From: Thermodesulfobacteriota bacterium
GTDB taxonomy: Bacteria; Desulfobacterota; Desulfobacteria; Desulfobacterales; SURF-7
Assembly: GCA_049320885.1 (NCBI GenBank)
Contig: JBMORA010000013.1
Location: 64,001-128,000 of the forward strand
DNA: 64,000 bases
Direction: 5' to 3'
Position 1 is the first letter of the stretch. Each line of letters opens with the position of its first letter. The notes under the pieces are model-generated. The model ran no database searches. It worked only from the letters and a program-made list of their open reading frames with translations, and had not been told where the DNA came from. Positions 58,442 to 64,000 of this stretch are shown here, in pieces. The position numbers and the translations under genes are program-made.

Positions 58442-60466
58442 TCAGGACTTCAGCATTTTCATCGCATGCTGAACGATGGTCTCCGCCCGGAAGCCGAATT
58501 TGTTCATGACGACATCGCCGGGGGCGGATGCGCCGAAGGTGTTGATGCCGATGGAAAGGCCTTTCTCGCCGACATAGCGCGCCCATCCCATGGTGATGCC
58601 GGCTTCAATGGAAATCCTGGCGCGCACCCGGCCGGGCAGAACCGATTCCTGGTATTGCCTGGATGTTTTTTCAAACAATTCCCAGCTCGGCATGCTGACC
58701 ACCCGGGCGGAAATCTGGCTGGCGGCCAGCAGTTTCCGGGCCTGCACCGCCAGGTGAACCTCCGATCCGCTGGCGATCAGGATAATGTCGGGTTCTCCTT
58801 CCGTGTCTTCCAGTATATAAGCCCCCCGGCTCAACCTGTTGTCCGCCGAGACCTTTGAATGATCGAGGATCGGCAGATTCTGGCGGCTCAGGATCAGGGC
58901 GATGGGGCTGTTCTGGGTCTGAAGGGCCAGACGCCAGGCCTCCGCCGTCTCAACGGCATCGGCCGGGCGGATCACCGTGACGTTGGGTATGGAACGCAGG
59001 GACGCCAACTGTTCGACGGGTTGGTGGGTCGGCCCGTCTTCCCCCACGGCGATACTGTCGTGGGTGAAAACATAGATCACCGGCAGTTTCATCAACGCGG
59101 CCGCCCGTATCGCCGGCCGCAGGTAGTCGGCGAAAACCAGAAAAGTGCCTCCGTAAGGACGAACGCCGCCATGCAAAAAAAGCCCGTTCATGATGGCTCC
59201 CATGGCATGTTCCCGGACCCCGAAGCGGACATTGCGGCCGGCATAGCTGCCTTTTTGAAAATCCGGGGAAAAAGGGAGATAGGTATTGTTCGATGGCGCC
59301 AGATCCGCCGAGCCGCCCATCAGGGTCGGCAATTTCCGGGCAATGGCGTTCAGCACTTTGCCGGATGCGGCCCGGGTGGCAACGGCGCCGTCGGAAGGTT
59401 TGAACAGGGGAATTTCCGAATCCCATTCGTTTGGAAGATAACCGCTGAGGGCATCGACCCAGTTCGCGGCCAGGTCGGCATATCGTTTTACATAGGCGGA
59501 ATAACGCGCCTGCCAGGACTCCTCGGCCGTCTTTCCCCTTGCCAGACATTTGCGAAATTCGGTCAGGGCATCCGCAGGGACGCAAAATTCCGCATTTCTG
59601 TCGCACCCCAGGGCTTCCTTGGTCAAGGCGACTTCCTCCTTACCCAGCGGTGCGCCGTGGGCTTCCGACGAATCCTGCTTGTTCGGGCTGCCGTAAGCAA
59701 TATGGGATCGCAGCATGATCAATGTCGGTTTTTCCGTTTCCGCCTTGGCGGCTGCAAGCGCGCGGTCGATTGCTTCCGTATCGTTTCCATCGGAAACCGT
59801 CAGCACCTCCCAGCCATAAGCCCGGAAGCGCTGGCCGACGTCTTCACTGAACGTAATATCCGTACCGCCCTCGATGGTGATCCGGTTATCGTCATATAGG
59901 CAGATCAGCTTTCCAAGTCCCAGATGCCCGGCCAGTGACGCAGCCTCCGCCGCCACGCCTTCCATCAAATCCCCGTCACCGCACATGACATAGGTATGGT
60001 GATCGACGATATCGTGTCCGTCCCTGTTGAAACGGGCCGCCAGATGTCTTTCGGCCATCGCCATCCCGACGGCATTGGCGAATCCCTGCCCCAGCGGCCC
60101 CGTGGTCGTCTCCACGCCCGGGGTATGCCCGTATTCCGGGTGACCGGGTGTTTTGCTGCCCCATTGCCTGAATTGTTTGATATCTTCCAGATGGAGATCA
60201 TACCCGGTGAGATACAGCAGACTGTAGAGCAGCATGGAGGCATGCCCGCCGGACAGGACAAAGCGATCCCGATCCGGCCACCCGGGATTCGCCGGATTGT
60301 GCTTTAGAAACCGGGTCCATAATACATACGCGGCCGGCGCCATTCCCATGGGCGCCCCCGGATGACCGGAATTGGCTTTCTGGACCGCATCCATGGCAAG
60401 GGTTCGAATGGTGTTGACACAACGGTCCTGGACGGTTTGGCGGCTCATGGGCAAGCCTTCTTTCAT
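58442..60466 (-). CDS. tkt: Transketolase
   Basis: [51 protein letters not shown]. Confidence 0.98.
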   Translation of the reverse strand: MKEGLPMSRQTVQDRCVNTIRTLAMDAVQKANSGHPGAPMGMAPAAYVLWTRFLKHNPANPGWPDRDRFVLSGGHASMLLYSLLYLTGYDLHLEDIKQFRQWGSKTPGHPEYGHTPGVETTTGPLGQGFANAVGMAMAERHLAARFNRDGHDIVDHHTYVMCGDGDLMEGVAAEAASLAGHLGLGKLICLYDDNRITIEGGTDITFSEDVGQRFRAYGWEVLTVSDGNDTEAIDRALAAAKAETEKPTLIMLRSHIAYGSPNKQDSSEAHGAPLGKEEVALTKEALGCDRNAEFCVPADALTEFRKCLARGKTAEESWQARYSAYVKRYADLAANWVDALSGYLPNEWDSEIPLFKPSDGAVATRAASGKVLNAIARKLPTLMGGSADLAPSNNTYLPFSPDFQKGSYAGRNVRFGVREHAMGAIMNGLFLHGGVRPYGGTFLVFADYLRPAIRAAALMKLPVIYVFTHDSIAVGEDGPTHQPVEQLASLRSIPNVTVIRPADAVETAEAWRLALQTQNSPIALILSRQNLPILDHSKVSADNRLSRGAYILEDTEGEPDIILIASGSEVHLAVQARKLLAASQISARVVSMPSWELFEKTSRQYQESVLPGRVRARISIEAGITMGWARYVGEKGLSIGINTFGASAPGDVVMNKFGFRAETIVQHAMKMLKS

Positions 60467-60560
60467 GGTCTGGTCTCCTTAGCTGATATCGAACATTTCG
60501 GTTACATGGGTTCCCGTATTGTTTGCGGTCAGGATCGTTCGCCGGACATGTGGTTTCGGA

Positions 60561-61430
60561 TCAAAGAGCCCGCAGATATTCCGGTTTCAAGGCGATTTTT
60601 CCGGCCAAGGCCGCATCTATCAATGCAATCGTGCGTGCCTGATCCTTGGGAAGACGGGCCCGGATCGGCAAATAATTGGAGGCGTGATTGGCATGGAAAA
60701 GCCCGTCGGTCAAATGCGTATGGGCGATCATGGTTCTGAGTTCTCTCAACATTTCCTCCGGCTCCAACAATGGAAACCGCCCCTGTTCATAGTCCTGATA
60801 CAGGGGTGTTCCGGGGATCAACATCAGACTCAGTGCGCCGACAAATTCCGGATCGATGGCGGACAATACCCGGCCGGTTTCCATCGCGTGCCGGTGGGAT
60901 CCGCTCCGGCCGGCGATTCCCAGCAGGACCGTTATGGAAAGCTTCATCCCCGCCTCCCGGATTTTCCGTCCCGCATCGATCATCCGATCCGCATCGGCGC
61001 CTTTGTTGACCCGCGCCAGCGTTTCGCTGTCGCCGGTTTCAAGCCCCATGTAAATGATTTCCAGCCCATGCTTTTTCAGCAGCTGCAATTCCTCCGGCGT
61101 TTTCATACGGATGCTTTTGGTGTTCGCATAAGCGCCCACCCTCTCCACCCATGGCAGCTGCTTTTCGATTTCGGTCAGAATGGAGAGCAACCTGGGCTGC
61201 GGAATGATCAGGGCATCCCCGTCACAGATGAACAACCGGTTCTGACGGCGGCAATAGCGTGATGCAAAGGCGATATCCGCAAAGATAATGTCATCCGGTT
61301 TGATCTTGAAGCGCTCGCCCTTATAAGCGCCGCAAAAAGTGCACTTGTTATGCGAACATCCGACGGTGGCCTGAAGCAAGATGCTGTCGGCCTCGCTTGG
61401 CGGCCGGATCATGTTTCCTTCATAATGCAT
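60561..61430 (-). CDS. Radical SAM protein
   Basis: MHYEGNMIRPPSEA, CSHNKCTFC (CxxxCxxC), YMGLETG, NHASNY. Confidence 0.9.
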   Translation of the reverse strand: MHYEGNMIRPPSEADSILLQATVGCSHNKCTFCGAYKGERFKIKPDDIIFADIAFASRYCRRQNRLFICDGDALIIPQPRLLSILTEIEKQLPWVERVGAYANTKSIRMKTPEELQLLKKHGLEIIYMGLETGDSETLARVNKGADADRMIDAGRKIREAGMKLSITVLLGIAGRSGSHRHAMETGRVLSAIDPEFVGALSLMLIPGTPLYQDYEQGRFPLLEPEEMLRELRTMIAHTHLTDGLFHANHASNYLPIRARLPKDQARTIALIDAALAGKIALKPEYLRAL

Positions 61431-61687
61431 GACGCAACTCCTGATCATTGCAGCTTCGGCAACCCGCAACCATTTTGCGGAACGCCGCCGAAACCGGCGG
61501 TATCTTTTTTCCGGCGATCAAAACAATGTCTCCAGATTATGACCGCGGAGATCTTCTTACCCCAAGATGATCCGCATGCGCAACAATTTTTCCAGCAGGC
61601 CGGGGCCCAGGGATCGGTTGACATCCCTGTTTTCATGTATTATTTGTGGCCAGACCTGAATTGTATTGAGTTGTATCGAGGCAACGG

Positions 61688-62365
61688 ATGAAACAGCTTC
61701 ATGATCAAGAAAGAGAACAGTTCAAAAAATTGTTCAAACAGGAAGGCATTGATCGCTTTGACGATCGCTACGCGGTGCTGGAGGCATTCCTGCAAACCGA
61801 GGGCCACGTTACAATGGCCGAACTGACCCAGCGGCTATCCGAAAACGGGCATGATTTCCAGCCGGCGTTTTTGCGTGAAACCCTTCGGCAGATGTGCGAT
61901 TTCGGCTTCGCCCGCCAGAATCAATTTGAGGACGGCCAAATTTCATATGAACACAGGCATTTGGGGGATCACCATGATCACCTGATCTGCACGAAATGTC
62001 ACAAAATAGTCGAATTTACAAACGATGAAATGGAAAGCCTGCAACTGAAAATCGCGGAAGCCAATGGATTCCATATGCTTCAGCACCGCATGGAAATTTA
62101 TGGTATTTGCGCGGAATGCGCCAAGGATCGCGCCAAACGGATGCCGCTTACCATGGCCAAACCAGGAGAAAAATTAAAGATTCTGGATTTTTCAGGCGGC
62201 TCCAGCGCCCGGATGCGGCTGACCGCCATGGGATTCCGCATCGGAGATGAAATCGAAGTCGTTACCAATCAGAACACCGGTCAACTGGTTATCGCCCTTG
62301 ATTTCAAACGATATATCCTCGGCCGAGGGCTGGCACAAAAGATAACGGTCACCCCGTTCAAGTAG
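61688..62365 (+). CDS. Fur-family regulator fused to a C-terminal FeoA domain
   Basis: HHDHLICTKC..IVEF, HRMEIYGICAEC, then PL..AKPGE...RLTAMGFRIG..IEV..LGRGLAQKI.V. Confidence 0.88.
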   Translation: MKQLHDQEREQFKKLFKQEGIDRFDDRYAVLEAFLQTEGHVTMAELTQRLSENGHDFQPAFLRETLRQMCDFGFARQNQFEDGQISYEHRHLGDHHDHLICTKCHKIVEFTNDEMESLQLKIAEANGFHMLQHRMEIYGICAECAKDRAKRMPLTMAKPGEKLKILDFSGGSSARMRLTAMGFRIGDEIEVVTNQNTGQLVIALDFKRYILGRGLAQKITVTPFK

Positions 62366-62457
62366 AACCCTGACGGGGCGGCCAGCGGAAACAGTCTCCC
62401 GTTGGCATCAAAAGACCATTTACAACAGCGGCGATCGATAGTAGTCAGGCGGTCATC

Positions 62458-63093
62458 ATGGAAAGAATTTTTGCGATAGGCGACATCCACGGCTGTTTCG
62501 ACAAGCTGCAAGCGCTGATGAGTGTCGTCGATATCCATCCCAGCAAGGACACCCTTGTTTTTCTGGGAGATTATATTGACCGCGGGCCGTCATCCCATGA
62601 AGTGGTTGAATATCTGATCACGCTGAAAAAGCGTTTTGAAAAGCTGGTTTTTCTGAAAGGCAACCACGAGGAAATGCTGCTCAACTATCTTCAAGGAATC
62701 AATCGATTGGCCTACCTTGCAAACGGTGGCCAGCAGACGATCGACAGTTATATAAAGGCGGGAAGATCGCCTTCCACCGGACTGATTCCCCAAAATCATC
62801 TGGACTTTTTTAATTCTCTTGATCTTTTTTATCAGACCGATAATTATGTTTTTGTGCATGCCGGCCTGGTGGACAAAATTCCGGTTGAGCAACAACATGT
62901 GGAGGATATCTTGTGGATTCGCAACCGCTTTATCAAATCAGCCTATGATTTCGGCCGGCAAGTAGTTTTCGGCCACACCCCATTGCCGGAACCGCTTGTG
63001 CAATCCAATAAAATCGGCATTGATACAGGTGCCGTTTATGGCAACAAACTGACCTGTGTCCTGTTGCCGGCGCTGACTTTTTATCAAGCATAA
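62458..63093 (+). CDS. PPP-family metallophosphoesterase (Ser/Thr phosphatase-like)
   Basis: GDIHG, GDYIDRG, GNHE, VHAG, FGHTP, IDTG. Confidence 0.92.
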   Translation: MERIFAIGDIHGCFDKLQALMSVVDIHPSKDTLVFLGDYIDRGPSSHEVVEYLITLKKRFEKLVFLKGNHEEMLLNYLQGINRLAYLANGGQQTIDSYIKAGRSPSTGLIPQNHLDFFNSLDLFYQTDNYVFVHAGLVDKIPVEQQHVEDILWIRNRFIKSAYDFGRQVVFGHTPLPEPLVQSNKIGIDTGAVYGNKLTCVLLPALTFYQA

Positions 63094-63096
63094 ACC

Positions 63097-63573
63097 ATGG
63101 GAGTTTCCATGACCTCATTCAACGATCGTTCGGTACGAAAATCATGCGTTCTGGTTGCAGGCCTTCTGCTTCTCATGCTCTGCTTTCCGGATTTTTCCCG
63201 GGCGGAACGATTGGCGGTCGGTGTCCAGAAAGCCAATGTCCGCTCCGGACCGGGGAGCCAGTTTGATGTGATCTGGGAAGTGGAGCAGTATCACCCATTT
63301 GAAGTGATCACGAAGAAAGGCGAATGGATTCGAATCCGGGATTTTGAAAAAGATGAGGCCTGGATTCACCAATCCCTGTTGCAAAAAATCGATACGGTGA
63401 TCACCAGCAAGGATCAATGCAACGTCCGATCCGGTCCCGGTTCGAATTTCGATATTATCTTCACCACGGAAAAAGGAATTCCGTTCAAGGTCATTTCAAG
63501 ACAGGACCAATGGCTGCAGATCGAACACGCTGACAAGGACCGGGGTTGGATCCATCAGTCCCTGGTCTGGTGA
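63097..63573 (+). CDS. Secreted tandem bacterial SH3 domain protein
   Basis: Signal peptide; two repeats of NVRSGPG...W...WIHQSL. Confidence 0.88.
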   Translation: MGVSMTSFNDRSVRKSCVLVAGLLLLMLCFPDFSRAERLAVGVQKANVRSGPGSQFDVIWEVEQYHPFEVITKKGEWIRIRDFEKDEAWIHQSLLQKIDTVITSKDQCNVRSGPGSNFDIIFTTEKGIPFKVISRQDQWLQIEHADKDRGWIHQSLVW

Positions 63574-63586
63574 AAAGGCTGACCGC

Positions 63587-64000
63587 ATGATGATACCTGG
63601 AAACAAACGGATTGCCGGTTTGGGATCGGCTCTGGTGGACATCCTGATCCATGAAAGCGACGAATTTCTAGCGGAGCTGGATGCCCCAAAAGGGGGAATG
63701 GTCCTGGTGGATAAAGAACGCATCGACGAAATCTTGTCCAAAACCCAAGCGACATCCGCCATCGTTCCCGGCGGCTCGGCGTGCAATACGGTTGTCGGTG
63801 TTTCCCGCCTCGGCGGTAAGAGCCGGTTTATCGGAAAATGCAGCCAGGACGAATTCGGCCATCTTTTTGAAACCGGCCTGGTTCATCAGCACGTCGAACC
63901 CCGTCTCTTCCGGTCCACATCGCCCACCGGGCGGGTGCTTTCCGTTATCACGCCGGATGCCCAGAGGACCATGCTGACCTATTTGGGCGCTTCGGCCGAA
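63587..64000 (+). CDS. PfkB-family (adenosine) kinase, partial
   Basis: Hand translation: GLGSALVDIL..KGGM.LVD..PGGSACNT..GKC..DEFG..PTG..ITPDAQRTMLTYLGAS; open to the end of the window. Confidence 0.9.
   Translation, partial: MMIPGNKRIAGLGSALVDILIHESDEFLAELDAPKGGMVLVDKERIDEILSKTQATSAIVPGGSACNTVVGVSRLGGKSRFIGKCSQDEFGHLFETGLVHQHVEPRLFRSTSPTGRVLSVITPDAQRTMLTYLGASAE

Overview
A GC-rich chromosomal segment, most likely from a Desulfobacterales-type sulfate-reducing deltaproteobacterium (inferred from gene content and style). The main feature is a ~16 kb minus-strand operon (4221-20180). In it, a periplasmic ethylbenzene-dehydrogenase-class Mo-bisPGD hydroxylase (alpha, gamma, beta, delta; resembling the putative alkane C2-methylene hydroxylase Ahy) sits inside a Rieske/cytochrome b complex: Rieske and ferredoxin upstream; split b6-type cytochrome b, subunit IV and an octaheme cytochrome c downstream. 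A duplicated beta-helix lipoprotein, two MoeA paralogues and a MerR regulator follow. The rest of the window holds a Cache-domain/MCP pair, a four-lipoprotein cluster, pyrE, a sigma54-controlled FadH-like module and ftsH. It also has a type I RM locus carrying an AlbA_2/Schlafen-domain gene, an unexplained ~101-bp periodic repeat array and palindromic miniature elements. Further on are panC (apparent AUC start), metK, a CHASE2 cyclase-SpoIID-Crp-LPP20-FecR operon, a DUF6599-DUF362-polyferredoxin-Tat AKR operon, tkt, a radical SAM gene, a Fur-FeoA fusion, a metallophosphoesterase, an SH3 protein and a partial PfkB kinase. No rRNA, tRNA, CRISPR array, integrase or transposase was seen. All calls come from motif recognition by eye; no database searches were run.
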